A stretch of DNA of 64,000 bases from an uncultured Bacilli bacterium (GTDB lineage Bacteria > Bacillota_I > Bacilli_A > RFN20 > CAG-826): positions 10,249 through 74,248 of the forward strand of contig CALVUG010000002.1 in assembly GCA_944363535.1 (NCBI GenBank), given 5' to 3'. How positions within the stretch are numbered: the first letter of the stretch is position 1; each line of letters starts with the position of its first letter. Under the pieces are notes generated by a model, which ran no database searches, was not told the DNA's origin, and was given only the letters and a program-made list of their open reading frames with translations. A program made the translations under genes and the position numbers. This document shows positions 43,168 to 53,843 of this stretch, one piece after another.

Positions 43168-44297
43168 AGATTATTTATGTGACGACATGTATTAATCCTA
43201 AAAGATTTTTTCAAGGTAACAAAGAAAATAAGAAAGCTTTAAATCCAAGTGGACAAAACTTTCACTACAAGATGATTAAAGCATTAAAAGAAAAATGTGA
43301 TGTCGAAGTCATCTCCATCCCTCCCCTTTCACCTTATTTAACGAATAGATTATTCATTCCTCGTTTTGAAGAAGAAGTCGAAGGTATTAAATTTCATTAC
43401 GTGCACGTCTCCTATTCAAAACTTTATAAATTTTTTGGTTTAAGAAAAAATATTCGAAAAGAAATTAAACGTATCATCATGCCAGATGATGTCATCATTT
43501 ATGATGGTTTAAATAGACCTGCGACTTTCGCCTTAGTGGACTCTTTCCCTCACCATAAAAAAGTCATGCTTTTAACTGATGATCCAGCGAATTTAACTTA
43601 CGGCGGAAAAAGTTACACTAAGTCACTTAAAAAACGTTATCCAAAAGTGGAAAACGCTATCGCATTAACCCCTCACTTATTCACCTTACTTCCTAACGTC
43701 AAAAATAAATTACAAATTGAAGGTATCATGAATGAAAATCCTTATGACTATGAACCAAATCAATATAGCCCTTACATCTTCCTCGGTGGAGCGTTATTTT
43801 CGCGTTATGGCGTCGATACTTTATTAGAAGCATTCTTAGCCTTAGAACACCCTTCTCTCAACTTAGTGTTATGCGGCCAAGGCGACTTAGTGGACATGCT
43901 AAAAAAATGTAGCCAAAGATATCATCACGTCCATTTCTTAGGACTTATCTCTAACGATGAGATTTTAAAACTAGAAGCTGGTGCCTTATTTAACGTCAAC
44001 CCTCGTCCACTCGATGCGAGTGTCGACATCAATTCCGTTCCTTCTAAAATCATCGAATGCGCATCCGCCAAAAGACCACTCATCACGACGAAAAATGACA
44101 TCATCGAATCGTTATTTAATAATCACATCTCCTACTTTAAAGGAGACGATTTAGCGAGCATTAAAGAAGGCTTAGAAGAGATCCTTTCCATGAGTGAAGA
44201 AAAAGCTCTTAGCAAAGGAAAAGAATTATATAACGCCGTCAAATCACGGCTCGATAGCGATATCGTAGCGAACAAAATATTAGATTTTCTTCACTAG
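43164..44297 (+). CDS. glycosyltransferase (GT-B fold, family 1/4-like)
   Basis: 377 aa. ATGA overlap with the upstream GT gene. …FLGGALFSRYGVDTLLEAF… Rossmann-like C-terminal domain. Confidence 0.6.
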   Translation: MKIIYVTTCINPKRFFQGNKENKKALNPSGQNFHYKMIKALKEKCDVEVISIPPLSPYLTNRLFIPRFEEEVEGIKFHYVHVSYSKLYKFFGLRKNIRKEIKRIIMPDDVIIYDGLNRPATFALVDSFPHHKKVMLLTDDPANLTYGGKSYTKSLKKRYPKVENAIALTPHLFTLLPNVKNKLQIEGIMNENPYDYEPNQYSPYIFLGGALFSRYGVDTLLEAFLALEHPSLNLVLCGQGDLVDMLKKCSQRYHHVHFLGLISNDEILKLEAGALFNVNPRPLDASVDINSVPSKIIECASAKRPLITTKNDIIESLFNNHISYFKGDDLASIKEGLEEILSMSEEKALSKGKELYNAVKSRLDSDIVANKILDFLH

Positions 44298-45479
44298 TAA
44301 TTCTTCTTCAATTTCATCGACGATATGGTCTAATGCAAAATGACTAAGATAATAAGCATAATTATCTAGGCCCATTTTTTCTTTTTGTGGTGTATCCATC
44401 TCTTTCATCTCGATGATGCTCTTAGCGATAGAATCTACGTCAGGTAAAGATAATAAAGCACCTTTAGATTCTTCTAATACGTTTCTACCATCCCCTCCGA
44501 TGACTCCGATGATAGGCTTTTTATAAGTAAGATATGAGATGAGTTTAGAAGGAATTGTCTTACCCACTACTCCACTAGGAAGTAAAGAGACGTATAAAGC
44601 ATCGATATTAGAATAATAAAAACGTGCTTTCTTCATCGGGATAGGGCCATGGTAGATGACGTTACTAGCGATATCTAATCGCTTAATTTCTTCTTCAAGT
44701 TTAGATTTGTTCGTCCCCATACCGATGATATGAAAATAGACGTCATCGTATTTTTCTATCACTTTTTTCATCGCTTGAGGAACAAGTTCGATACCTTGGA
44801 TGGTACCAATATTTCCGCAGTATAAAATATGAAAACCTTTACCATATTTTACATCTTCCCCTTCTTCAATTTGATTGCTAAATAAAGGTGGCTGAGGAAT
44901 GTATTTATAGTACTTATTTTCTAATTTTAAGACGTCATAAAAATAATCTTTAAAAGAAGGTGAAGAAAGTAAAATCTTATCGCATTTTGCATAGATTGAT
45001 CTAGACCATTTATATAAGATTTTATAAAATAAACCATTATCTTTAATTGCGTGTGTGATGACAGGAGAAATCGGCCATAAGTCAAGACAATGTAAGACGT
45101 GATTAATATGATATTTACGTTTATAAATATTAGCCCCACTTACGGAGATGATAGGCGATAAAGATTGCGAATAGACGACGTCATATTCTTCTTTAAAGTG
45201 TTTTAAGAAACGACGGGAAGAAAAATAGAAAGATAGATAATTGAAGATGATGGAAAGACGATTTTTCTTACGAGCGAAAAGATGCAAACGAAAAACTCTT
45301 ACACCATCGATCACTTCATATTTTACTTTCTTATATTCTTTTAAGATATGATCGAAGCCATAATTAGGTTTTCCCGTCACGACCGTCACATCATGTCCAC
45401 GTCTTTTAAGTTCGCGACAGATGTCACTAATGACGAAATTTTCCGGATAATAGAATTGGCAAACGACTAAGATACGCAT
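44280..45479 (-). CDS. glycosyltransferase family 4 (WcaI-like)
   Basis: MRILVVCQFYYPENFVISDICRELKRRGHDVTVVTGKPNY… typical GT4 N-terminus. Convergent with the two plus-strand GTs. Confidence 0.7.
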   Translation of the reverse strand: MRILVVCQFYYPENFVISDICRELKRRGHDVTVVTGKPNYGFDHILKEYKKVKYEVIDGVRVFRLHLFARKKNRLSIIFNYLSFYFSSRRFLKHFKEEYDVVYSQSLSPIISVSGANIYKRKYHINHVLHCLDLWPISPVITHAIKDNGLFYKILYKWSRSIYAKCDKILLSSPSFKDYFYDVLKLENKYYKYIPQPPLFSNQIEEGEDVKYGKGFHILYCGNIGTIQGIELVPQAMKKVIEKYDDVYFHIIGMGTNKSKLEEEIKRLDIASNVIYHGPIPMKKARFYYSNIDALYVSLLPSGVVGKTIPSKLISYLTYKKPIIGVIGGDGRNVLEESKGALLSLPDVDSIAKSIIEMKEMDTPQKEKMGLDNYAYYLSHFALDHIVDEIEEELLVKKI

Positions 45480-45538
45480 ATTTTTTACGCTTTAAATTAT
45501 AGCAATATATAAAAAAATATTATATATTTACTTCTATC

Positions 45539-47077
45539 ATGGATTCGAAAGATTATAACATTCGCGCAAACGTCATCGCTAATATCATCAAGACAGCCGT
45601 CCTCATGATATTAAGTTTCATCACTTTCCCTTACGTTTGTCGTGTCCTTACCCAAATTAGTGAGCCAAATATTCCAGGCGTCGGAGCGAACGCTTTAGGT
45701 CTATATACCTGGGCTGCCACTTTCGTCTATTATTTCCTTACTTTAGCAAGAATTGGTCTACCTAATATTGCAGTTAGAGAATGCGCAAAAGTAAGAGACG
45801 ATAGAGCGAAACTTTCGCATAAAGCCCAAGAATTTTTTATCTTACAAGCTTTCCTTTCGATGATTTCTTTCCTTCTCATGGTCATCATCATGTATTCGGT
45901 GGGAGGAGAATTTGTGGAAAATGCGAACCTAATCTTCATCTTATCACTCAATTTCCTCATCGGTGTCTTCTCATTCGAATGGATTTATATCGCTTTAGAA
46001 AAACATTTTTATCTTACGATAAGATCGATTCTTATCTTAGCGATTATCACCGTTTTAACTTTTCAATTTATCACCCGTCCTGAAGATTATTTCTTATACG
46101 CTATTTTGATGATTTCAACGACCGCTTTATCGACAATTTCTAATTTGATATTCATCGGTAAACACATTTCATTTAAAAAGACGGAGCCTTACAATTTTAA
46201 ACAATATATAAGGCCGATGATCGTCTTATTCATCATCGCTATCTTAGTGACGATTTATGATAAAAGTGATACTTTCATCCTCGGTGTCATCGACGTCGAA
46301 ATGGAAGCCGTTGCCGCTTATCAAGTAGGCGTTAAGGCCATCGAAATTATCATCGGGGTCATCGTCTCCTTATCGATGGTCTTTACTCCGCGTGCCTCAC
46401 GCTTAATTGAAGTCGAAGATAAATCTTACTTTAAACGATTAACATCATATTCGATGAACATTATCACTTTTATTTCTGTGCCCGCTATCATCACGATGGC
46501 TTCACTTTCCACTCCTCTCACAGTTTTGATCTCCGGTGATTATCAAGCGAGCATCTACAAAGACGCACCGATGGTCTTGATGATTTTAGCGTGCATGATT
46601 TTAACTTTTTCTATTTCTAATTTAATCTATACTCAAATCCTTATCCCATTAAAAAAAGAAAAAGTTTATTTATTTACGATGTTAGGCGGGGCTATCATCA
46701 ACATCGTCTTATGTATCGTCTTAGGAATCTACGCCTTCCCAAGCGCTCCAGCCATCGGGGTTGCTACTGCGACGATGGTCGCTGATATCATGGTGATGAT
46801 ATTCTTATTAGTCTATACTTGGAAACACGTCTATTACGCGATATTTAATAAAAATAATTTAAAAATTCTCATCGCTGGTGTCCTCATTATCTTCACTAGT
46901 GTCTTCCTTTATCCCATCATCGATAAAGCCTTATTAGAGGCGATGCCAAGCATGCAGACACTCATCTACAGTTTAGATATTATCTTCATCGTCTTAATAG
47001 ACGCTATCATCTACCTTGGCGTCTTGCTAATCAGCAAAGAAAATCTCATTTCTTCCTTCTTTAGAAAAAGCAAATAA
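45539..47077 (+). CDS. wzx: Wzx-type oligosaccharide flippase (MOP superfamily polysaccharide biosynthesis protein)
   Basis: 512 aa with ~14 TM. Typical Wzx architecture. Located beside the GTs. Confidence 0.7.
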   Translation: MDSKDYNIRANVIANIIKTAVLMILSFITFPYVCRVLTQISEPNIPGVGANALGLYTWAATFVYYFLTLARIGLPNIAVRECAKVRDDRAKLSHKAQEFFILQAFLSMISFLLMVIIMYSVGGEFVENANLIFILSLNFLIGVFSFEWIYIALEKHFYLTIRSILILAIITVLTFQFITRPEDYFLYAILMISTTALSTISNLIFIGKHISFKKTEPYNFKQYIRPMIVLFIIAILVTIYDKSDTFILGVIDVEMEAVAAYQVGVKAIEIIIGVIVSLSMVFTPRASRLIEVEDKSYFKRLTSYSMNIITFISVPAIITMASLSTPLTVLISGDYQASIYKDAPMVLMILACMILTFSISNLIYTQILIPLKKEKVYLFTMLGGAIINIVLCIVLGIYAFPSAPAIGVATATMVADIMVMIFLLVYTWKHVYYAIFNKNNLKILIAGVLIIFTSVFLYPIIDKALLEAMPSMQTLIYSLDIIFIVLIDAIIYLGVLLISKENLISSFFRKSK

Positions 47078-47182
47078 AAAGAGGAGACTATGAAATATCA
47101 TAATAATGAGAAAGGAGTGCTGAAATTATGACAAGAAGGAGCCTCCCCTTATAATTTAATATTATGCTAAAAATAAAGAAAA

Positions 47183-47208
47183 ATCCACTGCTGTAGTGGA
47201 TTTTTTTA
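47183..47208. terminator. bidirectional rho-independent terminator (AAAAATCCACTGCTGTAGTGGATTTTTTT)
   Basis: 7-bp GC-containing stem with 5-nt loop, flanked by an A-run and a T-run. Lies between the convergent wzx and LRR genes. Confidence 0.8.
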
Positions 47209-47232
47209 ATATAATTTTGTCAAGTTTATATT

Positions 47233-49221
47233 TTAAGCGTTAACTATTGGGGTAGGAACGCCATATTCATCATATTCCCATTGGCCAGCCCAATAGACAG
47301 GAATCGATTCATCTTTCCAATTTTCGACCCAAATACGATTGTAAGATGGTTCTTCCGTCAAAGAATAGATGACAAAATCTTCACTCATCTCAGTAAACGC
47401 TAAAGCTTCAACTTGTCTTAAATCTTCAGGTAAGACAACGTAATCTAAAGAAATACACTGAGCAAAGCTACGATTACGGATGACACCGACACTAGAAGGA
47501 ATATCGATCGCTTCTAAAGAGACGCAGCCATCGAATAAGGAAACCGGAATAGCGCTAAATCTAGAATTATTAGGAAGAGTAATACTTCTTAAAAAAGAAG
47601 CATTTCTAAAACCAGCGGAATTGAAATTGAAGACGGAATCAGGCATGACGATTTCTTCTAAAGAAGTACAATTTTCAAAAGCGCTTGGGCCGATAATTTC
47701 TAAAGAGGAACTATAGGTCACAGTACCCACTGGATTACCTTCCGCATCGATATCGCTATAATAAGTTTCGAGTTCAAATTCGATATGTTTTAAATTCGTG
47801 TTGTTATAGAATTGATAACCTTGAATTTCTTTCACGCCACTAGGAATGACGATGCTAGAGAACTTAGGTGCATCTTCTACGTTATCGCTTCCAAAGATAT
47901 AACCATCTGAACCAACCGCAGTGAAAGTCGTTAAAGAACTTGGTAACATGATCATACCTTCGTAAGATCCAGGTAAGACTTGACCGTTTGCATCTAAGAC
48001 TTGGAACGTTCTTAAATTAGAACAATTTCTAAAAGCATATTGACCGATGCTACGTAAGCCGACATCGTAAGCCACGACTTTTTCTAAGTTAGAACAATCT
48101 TCGAAGACACCAGTTTGAATGCTAGTGATACCTTGAGGAATTAAAATTTCTCTAATTGCTGTACTTCTAAAAGCATATTGACCGATGCTAGTTAAATCAC
48201 GTGGAAGGTTAACTGTTTCTAGAGAAGTACAACCATCGAACATGAAAGAAGAAATGCTCGCTAAAGAGGCATCCGTGGAGATGCTAAAACTCGTGAGATT
48301 AACGCAGTTTTGGAACACCCCTTCACCTAAAGTAACTAAACTCGTTGGGAAAGAGAATGCACCGGTAATATTCGTATTAGCGAAAGCATAAGCCCCAATG
48401 CTAGTTAAAGCATTAGGTAAGTCAGAAGAATCTAAAGTTAAAGATGTACAACCATCGAAAGCATTTGCTCCAATCGAATGCACATTATCGTGGAAGCGCA
48501 CTTCCGTTAAGTTCACACAATCTTCAAATAAGGTGGAAGGAATTTCAGTAATAGTTTCAGGAATCTCGGCAAAAACTACTCCTTCTTGACCAGCGAATAA
48601 CGAATTAGTGACGCCAGTCACATTACCGAATGTAATGTCCACGACATTGTAGACGCTAGGATCAAATTCAGCTTTGGTATCTTCACTTGCCACTAAGACA
48701 GTGTTACTAGGGAAAGTACCAGTATAAGCGATGATAACTTGACCAAGATAGACCCAACCATCTTCATCGGAAGAATGTTCGATATAATATGTACCTAAGA
48801 AAGCATCTTCACCAATTTCATTGATGTTTTGGCTTGGAACGATTTCACTTAAATTCGTGCAGCCATAGAAAGCTCTATCACCGATAGTAGTGATCGTGTC
48901 AGGTAAAGTGACTTTTCTTAGACGAGTAAAATTCATGAACGCTTCATTAGCGATCGTCGTCACAGGATAACCATCAATAGATGCAGGGATGACGAAATCA
49001 TCAGGCGCATTTACTTCATCGATATCAGTGATGATAACTTCCCTATCTTGATCTTGTAAAGTATAACGATAAGAGATGTAAGGGATGTTGACGATATCAT
49101 TAAGCCAAAAGACGATGAGAGCCCAATAAGTTAAGGAAAGAGCAATGATGGCGCAAGCGGCGAAAATCGAAGCTTTGATGATCGTTTTCTTCGTCTGAGG
49201 ACTAATCTTTTTTACTTTCAT
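47233..49221 (-). CDS. BspA-type leucine-rich-repeat (LRR_5) surface protein with N-terminal signal anchor
   Basis: At least 12 repeats of the type …IGxxAFxxCxxLxxIxIPxxVxxIG… ([41 protein letters not shown]…). ATG 49221 has an AGGAGG RBS. The track start at 49260 reads through it. Confidence 0.8.
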   Translation of the reverse strand: MKVKKISPQTKKTIIKASIFAACAIIALSLTYWALIVFWLNDIVNIPYISYRYTLQDQDREVIITDIDEVNAPDDFVIPASIDGYPVTTIANEAFMNFTRLRKVTLPDTITTIGDRAFYGCTNLSEIVPSQNINEIGEDAFLGTYYIEHSSDEDGWVYLGQVIIAYTGTFPSNTVLVASEDTKAEFDPSVYNVVDITFGNVTGVTNSLFAGQEGVVFAEIPETITEIPSTLFEDCVNLTEVRFHDNVHSIGANAFDGCTSLTLDSSDLPNALTSIGAYAFANTNITGAFSFPTSLVTLGEGVFQNCVNLTSFSISTDASLASISSFMFDGCTSLETVNLPRDLTSIGQYAFRSTAIREILIPQGITSIQTGVFEDCSNLEKVVAYDVGLRSIGQYAFRNCSNLRTFQVLDANGQVLPGSYEGMIMLPSSLTTFTAVGSDGYIFGSDNVEDAPKFSSIVIPSGVKEIQGYQFYNNTNLKHIEFELETYYSDIDAEGNPVGTVTYSSSLEIIGPSAFENCTSLEEIVMPDSVFNFNSAGFRNASFLRSITLPNNSRFSAIPVSLFDGCVSLEAIDIPSSVGVIRNRSFAQCISLDYVVLPEDLRQVEALAFTEMSEDFVIYSLTEEPSYNRIWVENWKDESIPVYWAGQWEYDEYGVPTPIVNA

Positions 49222-50383
49222 CTTTTTGCCCTCCTTTAGATTTCTTTTTAAGGTTTTCATTGTAAGCGTTAAGTGCTTTTAAATCTTCTTTATATTTCTT
49301 TAATTCCGCTTTGTTCGCACGTACGAAATGATTCGGTTCTATTTCATAGAAGTCTGGCATATCTTCTTCAGTATAATGATGCATATCAGGCGAATAGACG
49401 ACGATCTTTTTCTTACTTTCGATGCGTGGATCAGGAATAGGAACAGCGGAAAGTAAAGCTTTCGTATAAGGATGTAAAGGCGCTTCAAATAAGCGATTGG
49501 CATCCGCAAGTTCGACGATCTTACCAGAATTGATGACAGCGATACGATCAGAAATGTAACGGACGACGCTTAAGTCATGTGCGATGAATAACACTGTCAT
49601 CTTATTTTCTTGCTGGAATTGTTTAATTAAGTTCAATACTTGGGCACGAATGGAAACGTCGAGAGCGGAGATAGGTTCATCAGCGATGACCATCTCAGGT
49701 CCCATGATCATACATCTAGCGATACCGATACGTTGTCTTTGGCCACCGCTAAATTCGTGCGGATAACGTTTGAGGTGTTCAGGCATCAAACCAACTTTTT
49801 CTAACATCAAAGTCACTTTGTTAAGACGATCTTCCTCATCATCGTAAAGATGGAATGCTCTTAAGCCTTCGGAGACGATGTAATCGACATTAGCCCTTTC
49901 ATTTAACGAAGCGCTTGGGTCTTGGAAAATCATTTGAATTTTCGTCTTTAACGCACGTTCGACGTGATGAGGAATCTTACCTGAAATTGGTACGTTATTG
50001 TAAGTGATGACACCACCAGAAACAGGATTGACGCGGATGATAGCGCGCCCGATGGTCGTCTTACCAGAACCGGATTCACCGACGAGACCTAAAATTTCAC
50101 CACGTTTAATATCTAAATTTAAATGTTCGATGACGACTCTTTCCGTATTGCCGCGTTTAAAACCGATGCGGACATCACGTAATTTCACTAAGATGTCATC
50201 TTCATCTTTAATTTGTCCTTTAGGTTCGACGAACGCCGGTGCATTTTTTCTTTTACGATATTTTTTATCGTGTTGTTCTTTTAAATAAGCGATGACAGAT
50301 TCGTTAGAGTAACTTCCCGTATCAAAAATATCGTGGGACATTTCTTTGGCTTTATTAGGTGTTTTCATCTCATCATTTTTCAT
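49202..50383 (-). CDS. oppF: oligopeptide ABC transporter ATP-binding protein OppF
   Basis: …[12 protein letters not shown]… Walker A, …[14 protein letters not shown]… signature, C-terminal oligopeptide-type extension. The start at MKNDEMK has an AGGTGA RBS. Confidence 0.88.
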   Translation of the reverse strand: MKNDEMKTPNKAKEMSHDIFDTGSYSNESVIAYLKEQHDKKYRKRKNAPAFVEPKGQIKDEDDILVKLRDVRIGFKRGNTERVVIEHLNLDIKRGEILGLVGESGSGKTTIGRAIIRVNPVSGGVITYNNVPISGKIPHHVERALKTKIQMIFQDPSASLNERANVDYIVSEGLRAFHLYDDEEDRLNKVTLMLEKVGLMPEHLKRYPHEFSGGQRQRIGIARCMIMGPEMVIADEPISALDVSIRAQVLNLIKQFQQENKMTVLFIAHDLSVVRYISDRIAVINSGKIVELADANRLFEAPLHPYTKALLSAVPIPDPRIESKKKIVVYSPDMHHYTEEDMPDFYEIEPNHFVRANKAELKKYKEDLKALNAYNENLKKKSKGGQKDESKKD

Positions 50384-51458
50384 ACGTATCACCTAACTCT
50401 TTCTGCAATTCTTCCGCCGCGATTTTCATCCTTTCGCGTAGATTACGAATGACGCGTGGTTTTTCCACTTGTGGGGCGTGATCATCAAGTAACCACGTCT
50501 TGGCATAATGCGTATCACTTATCTTGAACATAGGAGGTTCTTGAATATAATCGATACGCATCGCGTATTCGTTACGCGGAGCGAAAGCATCACCGATAAT
50601 TTCATCACCGAATGTCGGTGGATTACCTTTGATGTAAAGTAAGGGTTCTTCTTTCGTGCCAAGTTGGGGTAAACTCGAAAGAAGCGCCCAAGTATATGGA
50701 TGCGCAGGACGATAGAAAACATCTTCAGACGTGCCCACTTCGACGAATTGACCGCCGTACATGACAGCGATACGGTCCGCCACTTTCGCTACGACACCTA
50801 AGTCGTGAGTGATGAAGATGATCGTCCAACCATATTCTTCTTGTAATTCTTTAATTAAGTCTAAGATTTGCGTTTGAACGGTGACGTCTAATGCGGTCGT
50901 CGGTTCATCACAAATGAGAACTTCAGGACGACACGCTAAAGCGATAGCGATGACGACTCTTTGTCTCATCCCGCCACTATATTGGAAAGGATAATCATCG
51001 TATCTTTTCCTCGCATCAGGAATTCTTACTCTCTCTAATAGTTTAATAGCTTCTTCTTTCGCTTCTTTTTTAGATAAACCATGATGTAATCTTAAAACTT
51101 CGCTAATTTGATAGCCAATCGATAATAAAGGATTTAAAGAGGTCATCGGATCTTGGAAGATGGTAGCAATTCTTTTACCTCTAATACCATACCAGTCTTT
51201 CGATTTTTTAAATTTGGTCACGTCGAGATCGCCGAACATGATCTGACCACTATCGATGTAACCATTAGCGTCTAACATCCCAGTAAAAGTCTTAGTGAAG
51301 ACAGATTTGCCAGAACCAGATTCACCGACGATAGCTAAAGTTTCGCCTTTATAAACATCTAATGAAACGTCACGGATGACGTGCACTTTCTTACCATGCG
51401 AAAGGAATTTGACGTTGAGGTTTTTAACTGAAATGACGACTTCTTTTTCGTTTGCCAT
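50373..51458 (-). CDS. oppD: oligopeptide ABC transporter ATP-binding protein OppD
   Basis: …[11 protein letters not shown]…, …[15 protein letters not shown]…, C-terminal Opp-type domain. Confidence 0.9.
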   Translation of the reverse strand: MANEKEVVISVKNLNVKFLSHGKKVHVIRDVSLDVYKGETLAIVGESGSGKSVFTKTFTGMLDANGYIDSGQIMFGDLDVTKFKKSKDWYGIRGKRIATIFQDPMTSLNPLLSIGYQISEVLRLHHGLSKKEAKEEAIKLLERVRIPDARKRYDDYPFQYSGGMRQRVVIAIALACRPEVLICDEPTTALDVTVQTQILDLIKELQEEYGWTIIFITHDLGVVAKVADRIAVMYGGQFVEVGTSEDVFYRPAHPYTWALLSSLPQLGTKEEPLLYIKGNPPTFGDEIIGDAFAPRNEYAMRIDYIQEPPMFKISDTHYAKTWLLDDHAPQVEKPRVIRNLRERMKIAAEELQKELGDTYEK

Positions 51459-51473
51459 ATCAAAAATTCCTTC

Positions 51474-52544
51474 CTACCTATGATTTTTAGGATCAGTCGC
51501 ATCAGAAAGCGCTAAGCCTAAGTAGAAGAACGCTACCGTCAGCGGCACTAGGACCACCAGTGGCGCTACTAATAAGTACCAATATTCCATCCAAGGCGCA
51601 CTCGCCCCCGATGCTGTCGCAGTCGCCCCTTGCGTCGCTTGCGTTAGCACTTGCCCTAACGTGATATCGCCTTTAGAAATCTTAAAGGAAAGACCGAAGA
51701 AGGCCAGACCAACTTCAGATGAGATCGCCGCAGGAATCGAAGTGGAAGCCACGGTGACGATGACGCTTACGAGGTAAGGTAATAAGTTATGAGTAATCAT
51801 CGCTTTCGAAGACGAACCTAACGTTTGAGAAGCGATGTTATATTCCCGGTTACGGATGATGATAATTTGGTTTCGAATAAAGCTTGCTAAACCAAGCCAA
51901 CCAAACATCGTAAGTAAGAAAGTGACGATTAAGAAAGCATAATCATCCATATATCTTACGAGTAGTTGCATAAATAAGATATTAAGTAAGATACTTGGAA
52001 CGTTATTAACAAAGTTACGAATTTCTAGCATGATGGGGTCAAGCCATTTAAAATATCCCCACAAAGAGCCAATTAATATGCCTAAGAACGTATCGATCAA
52101 GGCGACGACGACGCCGAGAAGTAAAGATAATCTTGCCCCTTCCCAAACGACCGACCACATGTCTAATCCTTCCCAGGCTGCGCCCATGTTATGACCACAG
52201 ACGCCGAACCAGTTCACCGTATTAGGCCAGACGTAATAGCCTTGACTTGCTTCACCGAAACGATCAGCTTCATCGAATGGAACGACTTTGAAGGAATGGA
52301 TCATCGGTCCAAAGATGGTGAAGAAGACGATGAGGAAAAGCAAGAATAAACAGACGATGACGAGAGGATTCTTAAATAAGTTACGGAACGTAATTTTCCA
52401 ATAGGAATAAGGTGCAGTATTTAGTTTTTCAATTTCATCATCTTGCGTACCGACGACAGTAAATAAGTCATCGACGTTATGTGGGATGAGTTCATCGACA
52501 TTTTTAGTGCCGCTAGCGTGTGTAGAAGTCATCTTTTCTAACAT
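51474..52544 (-). CDS. oppC: oligopeptide ABC transporter permease OppC
   Basis: Binding-protein-dependent permease fold with a long N-terminal cytoplasmic region. Positioned between oppB and oppD. Confidence 0.85.
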   Translation of the reverse strand: MLEKMTSTHASGTKNVDELIPHNVDDLFTVVGTQDDEIEKLNTAPYSYWKITFRNLFKNPLVIVCLFLLFLIVFFTIFGPMIHSFKVVPFDEADRFGEASQGYYVWPNTVNWFGVCGHNMGAAWEGLDMWSVVWEGARLSLLLGVVVALIDTFLGILIGSLWGYFKWLDPIMLEIRNFVNNVPSILLNILFMQLLVRYMDDYAFLIVTFLLTMFGWLGLASFIRNQIIIIRNREYNIASQTLGSSSKAMITHNLLPYLVSVIVTVASTSIPAAISSEVGLAFFGLSFKISKGDITLGQVLTQATQGATATASGASAPWMEYWYLLVAPLVVLVPLTVAFFYLGLALSDATDPKNHR

Positions 52545-52558
52545 AACTACCTCCTTTC

Positions 52559-53746
52559 CTAATTGGTGAATTTAATACGTGGATCAGCGATAGCGGTGAT
52601 GATATCGCCCAGTAAGTAAGAGACGATGGAAATTAAAGCTGTCACGATGACGATACCTTGCACAGCGAAGAAATCGTGCGCGTTATTAGCGTTAATTAAC
52701 ATGTCACCAATACCGTTGATGCCATAAATTCTTTCGATGTAGAATGAGCCTAATAAAGCTCCTAAAATAGCGGATGGGAAAGTACGAACGAGAGGTACGA
52801 TAGCGTTTCTAAAGACGTGAATACGGGTGATACGCCCTTCGCTTAAGCCTTTCGCTCTAGCGAATTTAACGTAATCAGCATTAAATTCATCGATCATGTA
52901 ACGTCTCACCCATAAGGCAATACCGGCCATACCAGTAAAACCGATGGTGAGGACAGGCGGTAACCAAGTTAAGAAGTTATTGACGTCATATCTTGCCGGT
53001 AAGAAGAAACCAGCGACGAAAATTGACATCCAAATGTAGTAATAGGCAACACCTGGAATAGCGTCGATAGAAATAATATAAGCTTTACCTATCTTATCGA
53101 CGACACCGTCTTTTCGTTTTGCCATGAGCATCCCTAAAGGATAGCCAAGGACAATTTGAACAACAGACGCTAAGATGCCAACTGGGAAAGAGACCATCAT
53201 CTTCTCACCGATGTAATCGATGACGTAAACTGGTCCACTCGTCAAATCTGCGACGTCACGGGAATAAATTTGCCCGAGGTCGAAGAGGAAGAATCGACAA
53301 TCGGTGACGTTATTGTAATAGACGCCATCGATGAGTAAGTTCGTCGATTGACATAAAGTCTTAGGAATGGGCATGATGTCATAGAGAAATTGCATCAATT
53401 GTTCAAATGGCCCGCCGACAAAGCCCATTTGGGCTCTAAAGATTTCGCAACGTGATTGCACGACCGCTTCTGGAAGCTTTTGCCAAGCAGTTGAGAATTG
53501 TGTCGTCAAACAAAGTTGATCGATGTCGACAGTAGCGCGAATTAAAAAGAAAGTGACGATGATCGCTAACAAAACGGAGATGAGAGCGGAACCAATACGT
53601 CTTAACGAATAGCGAAGTAAAGGATGACCAAATATTCTTTGGACAGGGCCAGTCTTAAAAATCACTTGGTGAGCGACGAGTTCGATGAACACCACCAAGG
53701 CGACGATTAAGAACAAGATAGTATATGAGACTAGATAAAATGACAT
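52559..53746 (-). CDS. oppB: oligopeptide ABC transporter permease OppB
   Basis: ABC permease with an enlarged extracytoplasmic loop, typical of Mollicute-like OppB. Confidence 0.85.
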   Translation of the reverse strand: MSFYLVSYTILFLIVALVVFIELVAHQVIFKTGPVQRIFGHPLLRYSLRRIGSALISVLLAIIVTFFLIRATVDIDQLCLTTQFSTAWQKLPEAVVQSRCEIFRAQMGFVGGPFEQLMQFLYDIMPIPKTLCQSTNLLIDGVYYNNVTDCRFFLFDLGQIYSRDVADLTSGPVYVIDYIGEKMMVSFPVGILASVVQIVLGYPLGMLMAKRKDGVVDKIGKAYIISIDAIPGVAYYYIWMSIFVAGFFLPARYDVNNFLTWLPPVLTIGFTGMAGIALWVRRYMIDEFNADYVKFARAKGLSEGRITRIHVFRNAIVPLVRTFPSAILGALLGSFYIERIYGINGIGDMLINANNAHDFFAVQGIVIVTALISIVSYLLGDIITAIADPRIKFTN

Positions 53747-53779
53747 CGCTAAACCTTTCCTTTTCTATAATAAATAAAT

Positions 53780-53832
53780 TTGATAAAGAAACAAGGAAAA
53801 AGAGAGAACTAGCGAGCGCTAGCTCCCTCTAA
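53780..53832 (-). terminator. oppA–oppB intercistronic hairpin + U-tract (partial terminator / mRNA-stabilising element)
   Basis: Minus strand reads GAGGGAGCUAGCGCUCGCUAGUUCUCUC (~12-bp stem), then UUUUUCCUUGUUUCUUU. It sits between the oppA stop (53844) and the oppB start (53746). Confidence 0.7.
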
Positions 53833-53843
53833 ATTTCCTTCAA

